A stretch of DNA of 64,000 nt from Promethearchaeota archaeon. GTDB taxonomy: Archaea > Asgardarchaeota > Lokiarchaeia > Sigyniarchaeales > SOKP01. The notes under the pieces are model-generated. The model did no database searches. It had not been told where the DNA came from and saw only the letters and a program-made list of their open reading frames with translations. The translations under genes were made by a program, and so were the position numbers. Shown here piece after piece: positions 38,701-48,349 of this stretch. How positions within the stretch are numbered: position 1 is the first letter of the stretch; each line of letters opens with the position of its first letter. Location: positions 1 through 64,000 of the forward strand of contig SHMW01000007.1 in assembly GCA_008080735.1 (NCBI GenBank), given 5' to 3'.

Positions 38701-39207
38701 AAAGATACGGAAAATAAGTTAGAAAGTACCTATTATCGAAAGTTTGAGTCCGTCTTAGAGGAATTGGAATCAAAAATCAATTATAAATTTGAGGCATCTG
38801 AGATTAATGTCTATTGTGCCTTAGAACTCATCGGAAATTTTGAAGAATTGGGAGTCGATATAAAAGCGGCGACTTCGAATAAACCTCTAATATCATGTAC
38901 TGCTTTGAGCGGAGGGCAAGTCTCGATGGTATCCATCGCATTAATATTATCACTTCAAGAAATGCGACCATCACCCTTATGCATGTTTGACGAGGCTGCG
39001 ATGTTTTTGGATGATAAAAACGCCGAAATTACATATGAACTAATAAAATCGACCTTAGAACACAATCCTATTCAAATGATTATGTTTCTTCCCAAATCTT
39101 CTAATGCGTTATATAAATTAGCTGAGCAATTAATTGGAGTCGCTCGAGTGGGAAAGGAAGAAGTATCAACAATATTTAAACCTAAAATAGTTGAACATAA
39201 AGGCTGA
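35746..39207 (+). CDS. smc: SMC protein, SMC5/6-like
   Basis: Walker A GPNWSGKT, DFIRHG, NPDNQFAFVSQGKI, coiled coils, hinge GPIIEYI..AIESVLG, LSGGQ, MFDEAAMFLD. Confidence 0.92.
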   Translation: MSDNSKETMEIGRKNPLERPVHIQKVILENFLSFKKDEVNIGDNKFIIIIGPNWSGKTSIFQGIKFALGSNERGERYPKWSDFIRHGQDHTMVEIHILDNSNLLKIRRTVVKGHSPFFELKTPKDKEFRKVKASEIQEIVSELHYNPDNQFAFVSQGKIDAIKDLKPTELCTFLEEGIGLIGLRKEILQKKDDIEILNSELLSLNTKKNSLNINLELLRPKLERLEEKKKLEKRKRNFEDELLWANRQKLLLEIVDLTDEVKKLNSMIHTVETQKQENLEEAESLSKEIEQIEDEINKISKELGQNEYRKQDLVGKIKRWQKAKVQMKEELDRISEKRKIQEKKLENLQKQKVSIHSNLSAVDKEVSDIEEKIEELIKEQAELSDKIEENKVFLEQYNQLASEIKQKERQIEKNRTIIQDLDSQINQLFQSFKDIKHKLDKNKWFLENPTKNLLKELDVKLEKTSSRLFAIEEELKKLEHEKSRKINEFKRLRGSLDERRIVLPTNINILKDEIRKRDLAVKGPIIEYIKYDDKLSYAIESVLGEKLLYSFVASDWDTLDLLKRLKEKYKAYCNIYVPKSANIHPLRTFEAEGAVGYLAELIKTNDIEIKKVIYSKVKNCLVVKDYRSGKDMYKKYNFKGKCVTLKGEQIISYKYVYETPYRKQLKGLLSAGTQKEQADKLENQIKRLTDNISDLKVQASKLDNIQKDIYNKKRAFNDLLYNFNQKQRITSKKNQLYEQKANLEELNTQLSKEIDILKTELKELEKEKSPDFFKWNERLNKIPNQLKDLNKEKKEWNKKLAESREIYSAVDAKISKVDSKIELLSTEFETKQENFQKADKEAFEIYRELDDVETNINELNEKIYNLKEKRKEKLADKSILDKKRIELELKIEQETINLKHTKQELNSRNEDLARVDREIGGEKKEEEIETRPVQEIKDDIFQIDKELLKYYDVDDSILVERDQIMSSLKKIAKNQKDLENDINAAKDTENKLESTYYRKFESVLEELESKINYKFEASEINVYCALELIGNFEELGVDIKAATSNKPLISCTALSGGQVSMVSIALILSLQEMRPSPLCMFDEAAMFLDDKNAEITYELIKSTLEHNPIQMIMFLPKSSNALYKLAEQLIGVARVGKEEVSTIFKPKIVEHKG

Positions 39208-39866
39208 TGATGAAAAATATCGACTTTTCAGAGGATATACGAAACAAGATTAGGGGGATTTTTGATAAGGTCCATTCAGGCGAGATTTCTTTACTTAATT
39301 ATGAATTAGTCCCGATTTTTCAAGAATTAAAAGATTCTCTGAATACTTCAAATCTGAATAATTATTCCAAGACCTATGTGGAAGCATGTAATCTTCTCGA
39401 TAAAAAATTTGAAGAATTAAAAGAATTACTATACTCATTGGATGAGGAGAAAAAGTTTACAGAATACCTCGAATCAGAACCATCCGATAGTGAAATTTCA
39501 GCATTATTTACAGATTGTTGGATAAAAACGTTTCATTCTCCGATCTTATCATATAATTTTCTTGAGGAAAGTAAGGATAGATTAATACGAGAAAGAACTT
39601 CTCCATTGGTAATTGAGCATTTACAAGCAGAGAAATCTAATGAGAAATTCATCTTAGAATTACCTAAGCACAAATTTACCGAAAAGATGATGAATTTTTT
39701 TGATGCTATTAAAGATAAATTACCGTGTTCTTTCTATGAGGTTTTTGAGGAGGAAACCAACCAATTAGAATTATATAAACAGTTTGTCTATCTCTTGCAT
39801 CTTCTTCAGATAGGAAAGATTCAATATCAAATGGAGACTAACACACTCTATTTAGGAGGCGTATAA
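39207..39866 (+). CDS. Kleisin (ScpA/Nse4-like)
   Basis: N-terminal ScpA-like helices (EACNLLDKK); C-terminal winged helix SFYEVF..FVYLLHLLQIGKIQYQ; TGATG coupling to smc. Confidence 0.7.
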   Translation: MMKNIDFSEDIRNKIRGIFDKVHSGEISLLNYELVPIFQELKDSLNTSNLNNYSKTYVEACNLLDKKFEELKELLYSLDEEKKFTEYLESEPSDSEISALFTDCWIKTFHSPILSYNFLEESKDRLIRERTSPLVIEHLQAEKSNEKFILELPKHKFTEKMMNFFDAIKDKLPCSFYEVFEEETNQLELYKQFVYLLHLLQIGKIQYQMETNTLYLGGV

Positions 39867-39867
39867 T

Positions 39868-40392
39868 ATGAATGAGTTTTCTATATTGATGAATCTCCTT
39901 AGTAATAGGATTAGTAAAAATCAAATAGGTGCCACCAAGCAAGAACTTATGGAAGCTCTAAATTTGAGAAAAGATAAGGATGCATATTATTTTCAAGAAT
40001 TGCTTTCGCAATTATCGAATTATATCGAGCCCCTAGGACTTTATGTTCGGTTCAATCCAGTGGATCATCACTGGTTTATATCCCATGATTTTAAAACCTC
40101 TAACCTATTGTCAGCGAATCCATTTCAAGATAAACCGAAATTAGCTGCAACTTTATTCTGTGTTTTGGTTGCATGCTTGAAAAGCTCGGGTTCCGCGAAA
40201 GTAAAGGATATAAAGGAGTTGCGGAAAAAAAAGGGGGTACTCCGTGATTTAAAGAAATTAGAAGAGGAGGGATATATTTTACTTGACGATGAAGAAAAGC
40301 AAGTTATATTAACGCCATTAATCGGATATCAATTAGATATTCAAAAATTATTTGTTAAGCTCTCTCTCAAATTAAAAGAGGAAAAGGAATAA
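39868..40392 (+). CDS. Kite subunit (ScpB/Nse1-3-like tandem winged helix)
   Basis: 174 aa, two winged-helix-like units (VKDIKELR..LKKLEEEGYI..LTP); 1 nt after the kleisin. Confidence 0.65.
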   Translation: MNEFSILMNLLSNRISKNQIGATKQELMEALNLRKDKDAYYFQELLSQLSNYIEPLGLYVRFNPVDHHWFISHDFKTSNLLSANPFQDKPKLAATLFCVLVACLKSSGSAKVKDIKELRKKKGVLRDLKKLEEEGYILLDDEEKQVILTPLIGYQLDIQKLFVKLSLKLKEEKE

Positions 40393-40417
40393 AAACTATA
40401 AAAAATCTTAGCTTGGC

Positions 40418-41056
40418 TTATTTGACTGAGATTTGTAGGATCATCTCGGCGACATGATCGTTGTAGGTCTGAACATCTTCAAATCCTTCTATTTGCTCGG
40501 CGCAAGTTATAAAGAATTCCTTCACATTGATTTTCCTTTTCGAAAAGAAATCGGTAATTTTTCCTTTCAGCTCCTCTAGTTTTTCATTCCGATTAGGATC
40601 ATCTTTCAATAAGTCAAGCTTGTTAATAGCAATATATATATTTTCCGGAAAAAACCTGACATCGTTAAAAAATTTAAATTGTTTCTCAATATCTCTGTCA
40701 AGGGCAAATACAGCTATAATTTGCGTAGCTATTCTGCTAATGGTTATTACGCCCATTTTAATTACTGCACGCGACACGTCCCCGCCCGGAGCAAAGATCG
40801 TATGAGCTTTATTGGTGTCATCTTCCCTAAATACAACACGGTTGGGATGGATTGTTTTTGTTTCTTTCTCATTCAATTTGTTTTCTTTATTTCCACCTGG
40901 AAGTGTTGCCTCTCCCGAAAAGTCCGTTTTTACTACAATACATTTTTTTCCTCCCTCTACATTTTCAATATCTCCTTTATTAAGATACCGGACAAACATA
41001 CGTAATATAGAGGTTTTCCCCACACTCACGTCTCCTAATAAGCCAATATTTACCAT
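40418..41056 (-). CDS. Ras-superfamily-like small GTPase with atypical G3
   Basis: G1 GDVSVGKTS, G4 NKLD, G5 TCA; G3 region reads FAPGG. Confidence 0.75.
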   Translation of the reverse strand: MVNIGLLGDVSVGKTSILRMFVRYLNKGDIENVEGGKKCIVVKTDFSGEATLPGGNKENKLNEKETKTIHPNRVVFREDDTNKAHTIFAPGGDVSRAVIKMGVITISRIATQIIAVFALDRDIEKQFKFFNDVRFFPENIYIAINKLDLLKDDPNRNEKLEELKGKITDFFSKRKINVKEFFITCAEQIEGFEDVQTYNDHVAEMILQISVK

Positions 41057-41105
41057 ACTATTATACCTCCTTTTGTCCTTGTTTTTTTAAGTTTATTTCT
41101 TATCA

Positions 41106-41930
41106 TTATAACTCATCTCCGAGAAGTTTTCTTAATAATGTCTCATAATCTTCAATGAGAAACTGTTCGAGAAACGCATTGTTATGAGCATGAATGAGCG
41201 CGATGAGAACTTCCTTTAGGTTTTTTGCTTTTTTTACATACTTTACAAGATTTTCTGGAGAAATTTCCCTATCAAATTCTCTTGTGGCTTCTTCGAATCC
41301 AAAATTTTCTCTTGGTGGCAACGAATCGAAAAATCCAAACGCCGTATATCCTTCAAATTGGAAAAATACAAAAAACCTTGATTTGATAGATTTTATAATA
41401 TTTGTAAGATATACTGAGGGATATAATTCTCCCAGAATAAGCTCATCATCTTGTTGGATTACGAAGTAGGGTGAGATCGGAGAGACTTGCTTTCCATACA
41501 TTTCTTTAGGGGGCAATGAGATAAAAGGAAGTTTTTCGGAAATTATCGCCCATAAATCTTCTCGCTTTTTTTCAAGTAGAATTTCCTTTACCTCTTGATA
41601 TGCATAATAAAAATCTGATTGTAATGATAATAAAGAACTAAGATATACGGAAAGAGAAGCGAAGGTTGCCTCTAAAAGTGGGCGTCTTCCACTGTCCTTT
41701 GCTGAGGGTTTCGCTGCTCCTTTCCAAGCTCTTAAAGCAGAGTAAGCAAATCCTTGGACGTCGAAGAACCCGCCACTCAGAAAGATAAATGAAGGAGATT
41801 CTCCTTCCTCGTCAGTGAGAATCTCGCTGGCTTTTTCAGTTAAAGCGTTCTCCAAATCGTCAACATTATACTCACTATGTATTTTCGGCATAATTAAGTA
41901 TGTATCATCTTTTTTCGCCAAGATAAACAC
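41106..41930 (-). CDS. Hypothetical protein
   Basis: 274-aa ORF, co-oriented and 49 nt upstream of the GTPase. Confidence 0.7.
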   Translation of the reverse strand: MFILAKKDDTYLIMPKIHSEYNVDDLENALTEKASEILTDEEGESPSFIFLSGGFFDVQGFAYSALRAWKGAAKPSAKDSGRRPLLEATFASLSVYLSSLLSLQSDFYYAYQEVKEILLEKKREDLWAIISEKLPFISLPPKEMYGKQVSPISPYFVIQQDDELILGELYPSVYLTNIIKSIKSRFFVFFQFEGYTAFGFFDSLPPRENFGFEEATREFDREISPENLVKYVKKAKNLKEVLIALIHAHNNAFLEQFLIEDYETLLRKLLGDEL

Positions 41931-42196
41931 AACCTTTAGTGTTAATAGAGTTTATATTTACATTTAATAATACTTTATTGATTTTAAAGAACTTGTATTA
42001 TTTTGATTAAACATAATAATATTATATAAGAAGAATAAAAGCAACTCTATTTAATTTTTATTATCATAATAAAGAATCTAAAACGATTTGCAGCATACCT
42101 AAAGCCTTAAAAAATCGGAAGCTTAGCATTCACTCATAGTGAAATTTTGAGGGATATTTTTAATTCTAAGTGAGGAGTATGATTAGCATTAAAAAA

Positions 42197-42769
42197 TTAG
42201 GTTTCTATCAATTCTTTCACTTTTTCAGTGATTAAGTCGTAATTTTTTATTGATTTGAGATTATTTACAAGTATTCGCTCGATAATGTCGGTATTCTTAA
42301 AATATTGATATTCGAGAGATAAGTCGGGGTTATTTTCTTTAATTTCCAATAATGCGCCTTTTAAGAATGTTTTGATAAATTTTTCCGAGGTCTCTTGAAT
42401 GTGGAGATCCTCGGGGTTCAAGAATTTAATCTCGACTTTATTCATATCAACTAAATTTAATATTGCTAAGAGCTCATCTTTTTGATCTTTATTACAGAAT
42501 ATTTTTCGTTTTATCTTCGTACCTTTCATTTTTTCTTCCGGAACAGACTCTGTAAAATAATCATCTGCGGTTTTTGATAAGATTTGATCTGCACTCTTAA
42601 ATGACTTATCAGAGATAACGGTATTGAGATCGTTTAGTATTTCCCGAATTTCTTCAATTTCTTCTTTTAATTCTTCAAGTTGTTCTTTCTTTTTATAATA
42701 GAGTTCGCGAAGAGCAGAAAGCACTTTTGTAAGATGTTCCATCTCGTTATTTTTTTCTTGAGGCAACAT
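42197..42769 (-). CDS. Hypothetical protein with N-terminal coiled coil
   Basis: 190 aa, heptad-rich N-terminus. Confidence 0.7.
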   Translation of the reverse strand: MLPQEKNNEMEHLTKVLSALRELYYKKKEQLEELKEEIEEIREILNDLNTVISDKSFKSADQILSKTADDYFTESVPEEKMKGTKIKRKIFCNKDQKDELLAILNLVDMNKVEIKFLNPEDLHIQETSEKFIKTFLKGALLEIKENNPDLSLEYQYFKNTDIIERILVNNLKSIKNYDLITEKVKELIET

Positions 42770-42870
42770 TATCAGTGAATATCCTTTAGTTAAATTAAAA
42801 ATTTAATTATTTATAAAAATACACTTGTAACAAAATAAGTAATTTATGAATAATTTTACCAGTTGATGCT

Positions 42871-43737
42871 ATGAAAAAAACAATGATAATAACGCCCAAA
42901 CCAGAAGACCCCGAAGTTCAACTCTTAACGCATGAATTACAGCAAAGAGGATATGAAGTCATTCATTTCATTCCCGCAAACGTAAGAGCTAATATTTACC
43001 ACTTCCACGAACGATTTGAGGATCTTAATCCTCATGCAGCATTGGTACGGGGATTCGGTGCTGCCGCCACGCAAAAGATCTTTTTTCGCCTTGATTTACT
43101 AAGTGCAATGGAAGAGCTTGGAATGCGTTTGATAAATTCCCGTGAATCGTTAGAGATCGCCAGCGATAAGTTCCTCTCGTCAATCTTTCTACAAAACCAT
43201 CAAATCCCCACACCAGAAACAATTATTTGTGAAGAAGCCGAGGATGCACTAAAAGGATTTGAAGAATTAGGGGGTGATGTTATTTTGAAACCATTATACG
43301 GGTCCAAGGGGATTGGCATCACTCGTTTAAATGATAGAGCATTTGCTGAGAATGTGATCTATGCATTAAGTGAGCTTAATGAAGTATTCTATTTACAAGA
43401 ATTTGTGGAACACAATAACAGGGACATACGTGTTCTCGTGTTGGGAGATAGAGCTGTTGCTGGGATGTACCGCATAAGTGATAATTGGAAGACCAACATC
43501 TATGCAGGGGCTACCATGGAACCTATTGAATTAAACAGCGAATTGATAAAGCTTTCAATTAATGCGGCTCAAGCCGTAAAAACGGAAATCGCCGGAGTTG
43601 ACATTATTGAAAGTGAGGAGGGGTATCAAGTACTTGAAGTTAATTCGATACCTGGATTTACGGCGCTTCAGAAAGTCACAGATATAGATTTGACAAAGGA
43701 AATAATCGATTACTTTCTAATCCATGCTATAGAATAA
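42871..43737 (+). CDS. RimK-family ATP-grasp alpha-L-glutamate ligase (MptN/CofF-like)
   Basis: SDK, ILKPLYGSKG, YLQEFV, DIRV, WKTN, GVDII, EVNSIPG. Confidence 0.88.
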   Translation: MKKTMIITPKPEDPEVQLLTHELQQRGYEVIHFIPANVRANIYHFHERFEDLNPHAALVRGFGAAATQKIFFRLDLLSAMEELGMRLINSRESLEIASDKFLSSIFLQNHQIPTPETIICEEAEDALKGFEELGGDVILKPLYGSKGIGITRLNDRAFAENVIYALSELNEVFYLQEFVEHNNRDIRVLVLGDRAVAGMYRISDNWKTNIYAGATMEPIELNSELIKLSINAAQAVKTEIAGVDIIESEEGYQVLEVNSIPGFTALQKVTDIDLTKEIIDYFLIHAIE

Positions 43738-43791
43738 GAGTTTAATTAAAAATAAGAAATAGAGAAAGAAAATAAAAATTAGAGGTTATGT

Positions 43792-44151
43792 TTAAAGTTC
43801 ATCGATTATACCGATAAGCGAAGCGATAATCGTAAGGGCGCAAGCCCAGATTCCCGCCCCGAAAATGATTAGTAGGACGCCGAGAATGAATATGAATAAC
43901 CAATGAAACGGTAAAGGGTCATCGGGTTTGATAGCAGTCAAAATAGTCGCAAAACAGACGAGTATACCGATAATTCCAATGACGACCGCACCTATTACAT
44001 CTCCAAATTGAACACCTTGATATATAGGATATAAATTAAATGAAGGCAGTCCAAAAATTGCTGCTAAGGCAAGAATAATCGTGGCAAGGCCAACGAGACC
44101 TCCTACAATCATCAAAAATTTCATTATTCCATCATTTTTATAATGTGCCAT
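43792..44151 (-). CDS. Small membrane protein
   Basis: 119 aa, about four TM helices. Confidence 0.7.
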   Translation of the reverse strand: MAHYKNDGIMKFLMIVGGLVGLATIILALAAIFGLPSFNLYPIYQGVQFGDVIGAVVIGIIGILVCFATILTAIKPDDPLPFHWLFIFILGVLLIIFGAGIWACALTIIASLIGIIDEL

Positions 44152-44292
44152 ACAAATACCCTCTTTTATTTGAAATCTGTTGTATTATTGAATTTTAAAT
44201 TTTAAAGACATTTAAGATTTTCCTTCAAAGAATTTAAATCTTCTTTTTAACATTAATGTATAATCGAATATAATCCTGTATTAGAAATCTTT

Positions 44293-44847
44293 TCATTCAT
44301 AGAGGCTTTTATTAATACGTGGCAAGAGGGCACAAATCACAGCATCTTTTAATATATCAATTCGGTTGATAGCATTTTTGCTCAAATATCCTATAGCGCC
44401 ATTTTCTCGCTTAAGATTTTCATTATTAGCTATTTCTCCCATGATATGTCCAATTTCTTTTTTATTGAAAAGAACTTTATTAATTACTTTTTTGGGATAT
44501 TCAAATCCAATTCCCGATCCAATAGTAATTTTCCGATGTTCGTCCATAATAACGCAAAATTGAAAATCCATATAATTAGAAGGTGCTATTGGAATCTTAA
44601 CTAACCCAGCTTCAATCCCAATTCCATAATGTGGTGGACTAGCGTTAGAATCCTCTATTAGAGGGGTTAGGGCTTGTTGAGCGCGGTTTTGGGCTCCTAA
44701 AAGTATGCTGTCTAATCCGATGGGTTGATTGGGAACATTCGATTCAGCCTCAATATAAGATACTCTAAAGTCCTCAAAATAAAGCCCAAAAGCTAGTCTT
44801 ACCGCATCGATCTTAACCGGATTAAGAGATCCCACGCAAATATTCAT
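44293..44847 (-). CDS. yjjX: Inosine/xanthosine triphosphatase
   Basis: GSLNPVKI, QP..GAQNRA, GIGIEAG, GAIGYLS. Confidence 0.9.
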   Translation of the reverse strand: MNICVGSLNPVKIDAVRLAFGLYFEDFRVSYIEAESNVPNQPIGLDSILLGAQNRAQQALTPLIEDSNASPPHYGIGIEAGLVKIPIAPSNYMDFQFCVIMDEHRKITIGSGIGFEYPKKVINKVLFNKKEIGHIMGEIANNENLKRENGAIGYLSKNAINRIDILKDAVICALLPRINKSLYE

Positions 44848-44867
44848 ATAATTATCAAATGTGTAAA

Positions 44868-45482
44868 TTATATATTATATTTAAATAGATTCACATTAAA
44901 TTCTTCTTTAAGAATTGCGTATAATTTTTGCACAGGTAGCCCAAGAACATTCGAATAGGAACCTTTGATAGATTCTATAAATAAGCTTGCCCTCTCTCTT
45001 ATTGAATATGCTCCTGCTCTTCCTTTCCATTCTCTTGTTTTGATATAATCCCATATTTCTTCATCATTCAAATTTAAAAATGTCACTTCTGTCTCATCAT
45101 AATCTACAATCAGCCTATTGCTGCCAAGCTTAAGAACCGCCATACCCGTGATAAGGAGATGTGAGCGCCCCATTAATTTTTGCAAAATTGAGAATGCTTC
45201 CATATCATCTTGAGCTTTTCCCATTATATCTTGGCCTAAAACAACGACAGTGTCCGCCGCGATAATGAGAGAATTTTTATTTTCTTTTAAAACCTTTTGT
45301 TCGACAGCTAACGCTTTTTCTTTTGCTAATTTTTGAACTAGTATATAAGGATTTTTGATTTTTTCCTTATAATGAGTTTCGCTAATATTTGATGGAATTA
45401 TTTTAAAAGGAATTTTAATCCTTAATAATAATGCTTTTCTATCAATTGAATGTGATGCTAAAATTATGGTTTCAATAGTCAT
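44868..45482 (-). CDS. maf: Maf-family nucleoside triphosphate pyrophosphatase
   Basis: IILAS, LAKEKA, IIAADTVV, RAGAYSI, NVLGLP. Confidence 0.92.
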   Translation of the reverse strand: MTIETIILASHSIDRKALLLRIKIPFKIIPSNISETHYKEKIKNPYILVQKLAKEKALAVEQKVLKENKNSLIIAADTVVVLGQDIMGKAQDDMEAFSILQKLMGRSHLLITGMAVLKLGSNRLIVDYDETEVTFLNLNDEEIWDYIKTREWKGRAGAYSIRERASLFIESIKGSYSNVLGLPVQKLYAILKEEFNVNLFKYNI

Positions 45483-45637
45483 GCCCTTCTGCGTTTATTG
45501 TTTATTCTTAGTTAAGGAATTCCCAAATCTAAATGTTTTTAATTCTCCCATAAAAAACGTTTTACTTATTTGGCAAGGTCAAAAACCAAATATGATATTT
45601 AGAAAAAGAATAAAACTATAAAATACTGAAAATATGG

Positions 45638-45931
45638 TTATCCTCCGAAATAGATATAAAGAAACGTCAAATCATCACCATCTTGTAAAGTTTTATATAA
45701 AAATTTCTCATCTCGAAAATTATGCCCGTTTACGATAATTGATAAAAATTTACTTAGTTCTTCTTTTTGGTGTTTGTCCCATATGAGCTTTGCAAATTCT
45801 TCTCCATATTTTTCTGTTAAAAAATCAATAAGTTCCTTTATAGTAATTTTTTCATCAAAATCGATTTCCTCCTTTAATTTTTCCGTAAGTTCATTAAAAG
45901 GGGGTTCGTAATTTAAATCTAATGAAATCAA
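45638..45931 (-). CDS. MoaD/SAMP-family ubiquitin-like protein
   Basis: ITIKELI..IIVNG..LQDGDDLTF, C-terminal GG. Confidence 0.85.
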   Translation of the reverse strand: MISLDLNYEPPFNELTEKLKEEIDFDEKITIKELIDFLTEKYGEEFAKLIWDKHQKEELSKFLSIIVNGHNFRDEKFLYKTLQDGDDLTFLYIYFGG

Positions 45932-46116
45932 TTTACCTCATCCAATTCGCTAATTTAATTTCTATTTTTAAAAGTTTGTAAAAATTTAAATTTTTTACCT
46001 AAATCAGCTATAAGTTGTTTCGCAGATTTTTTTCTAAATAATCAGTCTTTATTAAGTCCACAATAGACAAATTATAAAACTTAAGGTCATGTAATTAAAT
46101 AGTTGAAGGTGAAGAT

Positions 46117-47124
46117 ATGGCAAAAGTATTTTTTGTTTCAAAAGATAATGTCCGGGATGCCTGGCTAAGCGCGATTGGGAAGGTCCTCTTCGAAGGGGAT
46201 GAGATTAAAACAGAATATGACAAACTAGAAGATCCTCCCTCTAAGGATGCAACGGTTCTAATTGAAATAAAAAAGCCCATGAGTAAACCGATTAAACGCA
46301 GAGATAAATTAGTGAAGATTAAATCCAAGTTTGGAAATTCCTACGAGGTCTACGGTTGTATGGCAGATACATATTTAATCGGTTCTATACAGAGTGGCTA
46401 TATTGAAGAGATTCTGGAAGGAATTAATGATCATTTCCTCTATGAGTCTGGGTTAAGCTTTCCCTATTCTTATCATGACAGAGTTTTTAATTATGTCCCC
46501 TATTCTTTGGAGGATACCATTCATATGAATTATGATGTGAGCATAATTGACAAAGATTCGGTTAAAAGACATCAAAAATTACATGAAACTGACAAGATTA
46601 TAAAAAAGGAAGATTCAATCATTTGGAAACTAAAGAACGGATTGGAGTTCGATCTTGGCAAGGAGATTTCTGAACAAATTGGTATTGATAAGATCCCAAT
46701 AGGAATTTTGAATTTTCCGAAAGTAAACCAAATGGAGTACATCATAAATAAACTTAAAGAGAAGCCGTATAGTAGAAGGGCTCAAGCGATAACGTGGCGC
46801 CCTTTAATAGATCCATATCATCACGATCCTCCTTGTCTCCAAAGAATCTGGATGCGAATTAAGAATGAGCGACTTATCATGCAGACTACATGGAGGAGCC
46901 GAGATCTATTCCGCGCTTGGGAAGCAAATGTGAACGGAATGATTCGATTCCAATATATGGTTGCTGATAGATTGGGGGTGGAAATGGGGCATTATTTAGA
47001 TTTTAGTAATTCACTTCACATTTATGGAAATACTATAGCGGAAATTAAAGATATTCTTACAAGAATGCGCAATAAAGATGAATTACCCGAAGAAGTTATT
47101 AGATTAATCGAGAATAATAAATAA
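46117..47124 (+). CDS. thyA: Archaeal-type thymidylate synthase with insertions
   Basis: YSYHDR, SRRAQAITW, PPCLQ, WRSRD, N in AWEAN, SLHIY. Confidence 0.85.
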   Translation: MAKVFFVSKDNVRDAWLSAIGKVLFEGDEIKTEYDKLEDPPSKDATVLIEIKKPMSKPIKRRDKLVKIKSKFGNSYEVYGCMADTYLIGSIQSGYIEEILEGINDHFLYESGLSFPYSYHDRVFNYVPYSLEDTIHMNYDVSIIDKDSVKRHQKLHETDKIIKKEDSIIWKLKNGLEFDLGKEISEQIGIDKIPIGILNFPKVNQMEYIINKLKEKPYSRRAQAITWRPLIDPYHHDPPCLQRIWMRIKNERLIMQTTWRSRDLFRAWEANVNGMIRFQYMVADRLGVEMGHYLDFSNSLHIYGNTIAEIKDILTRMRNKDELPEEVIRLIENNK

Positions 47125-47127
47125 AAT

Positions 47128-47883
47128 TTAGAAGATTCTTGGAAAGACTTTTTTGGTGTTTTTTTCGATTTGCGACTCTAAGACTCCTATATCAATTTTT
47201 TTTATAGCGGCAATTTTTGCTAATACATCCTTTATCATTTTGGGAGTCCCAATCTGTCCGGAATATTTTACGGGGCCATCACTTTCCAAAAGTAAATGCT
47301 TCTGGTCGACTAATTCTACAACCTTTTTTACAGGTGGGGAGTATGAGATTGCTGGAGTAATTGAGAAATAATACCCTCGTTCGATACCCAATTTTAACAA
47401 TTCATCTGGACCAGAGTACCAATGAATATTAACTTCGGGGAGTTTATAAGAGGATAATAATTCAAAAATTTCCTTTTCCGCTCCTTTCGTATGGAGGTTT
47501 ACGGGTAATGTAAGTTCTTGAGCTAAGGAAAGCATTTTTTTAAAAATCTTCGTTTGGATGGGATAAAGAGACCTATCCTTGACGAAATAGTGGTCTAAAC
47601 CTATCTCACCAATGGCACATATCTTATTGCTGTTTTCCCTAATAAATTCAATTACTTTATCCAAATTTTGGTCGATTTCCTTATTCATTTTAACCTCTTC
47701 GGGATGAATTCCTAAAGCAGGATAGATCGTATCATAATTCTCAGAGATCTCTATAACTCGAGCCAAGCTCGTTTGACTCATTCCAACAGAAATAATTTTA
47801 TGTACTCCCGCTTTTTTAGCGTCTGCCACTATCTCATCTAAATTAAGATACAAATTCGCATGGCAATGGATATCTACTAGCAT
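47128..47883 (-). CDS. tatD: TatD-family hydrolase
   Basis: DIHCH, GIHP, IGEIGLD, NLHT, LESDGP. Confidence 0.93.
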   Translation of the reverse strand: MLVDIHCHANLYLNLDEIVADAKKAGVHKIISVGMSQTSLARVIEISENYDTIYPALGIHPEEVKMNKEIDQNLDKVIEFIRENSNKICAIGEIGLDHYFVKDRSLYPIQTKIFKKMLSLAQELTLPVNLHTKGAEKEIFELLSSYKLPEVNIHWYSGPDELLKLGIERGYYFSITPAISYSPPVKKVVELVDQKHLLLESDGPVKYSGQIGTPKMIKDVLAKIAAIKKIDIGVLESQIEKNTKKVFPRIF

Positions 47884-48013
47884 TTTTTACTTTTCGCGTT
47901 TTTTTATGATATTGCTAATGTAGGGTGTCAAATAAGCTTCTACTTAAAAATAATTTAAAAATGGAGAATTAAGTCCTCCTTGAAGGGTTTTGAGTTAGTC
48001 TACCTATAAACTA

Positions 48014-48349
48014 TTAAAAATTATTTACCTTCTCTCGTAATTGAGTAATCTGCATTACGAGTTGAAACTTTTTGCGTTTATTATAATTATTGGTTTCCAA
48101 AATATCTCTCAGATCATTTAATTGTTTAATGAAATAATTCTTTAAATCTTCCTTGGTTACATGACCTAAAAGCTTAGGAAGGGGTTTTATTTTATCTAAC
48201 TTTTTTTCTCGCAATTGAGAAATTGCTTTTGCCATCTGTGCTTGAATTCCCTTGGAATCTGTTGATTCATTGAGTTCTAAAGAATCAAAAGAGACTTGTA
48301 ATCCATCTATAAATGCTTGAAGATCCTCGATTTCGACCTGATCAGACAT
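48014..48349 (-). CDS. Hypothetical helical protein
   Basis: 111-aa ORF. Confidence 0.6.
   Translation of the reverse strand: MSDQVEIEDLQAFIDGLQVSFDSLELNESTDSKGIQAQMAKAISQLREKKLDKIKPLPKLLGHVTKEDLKNYFIKQLNDLRDILETNNYNKRKKFQLVMQITQLREKVNNF

Noticed and set aside
35746-40392. Wadjet/MksBEFG or Rad50-Mre11 assignment for the SMC operon
   Set aside because: No JetD/Toprim or Mre11 nuclease, the gene order differs, and there is a globular hinge rather than a CxxC zinc hook
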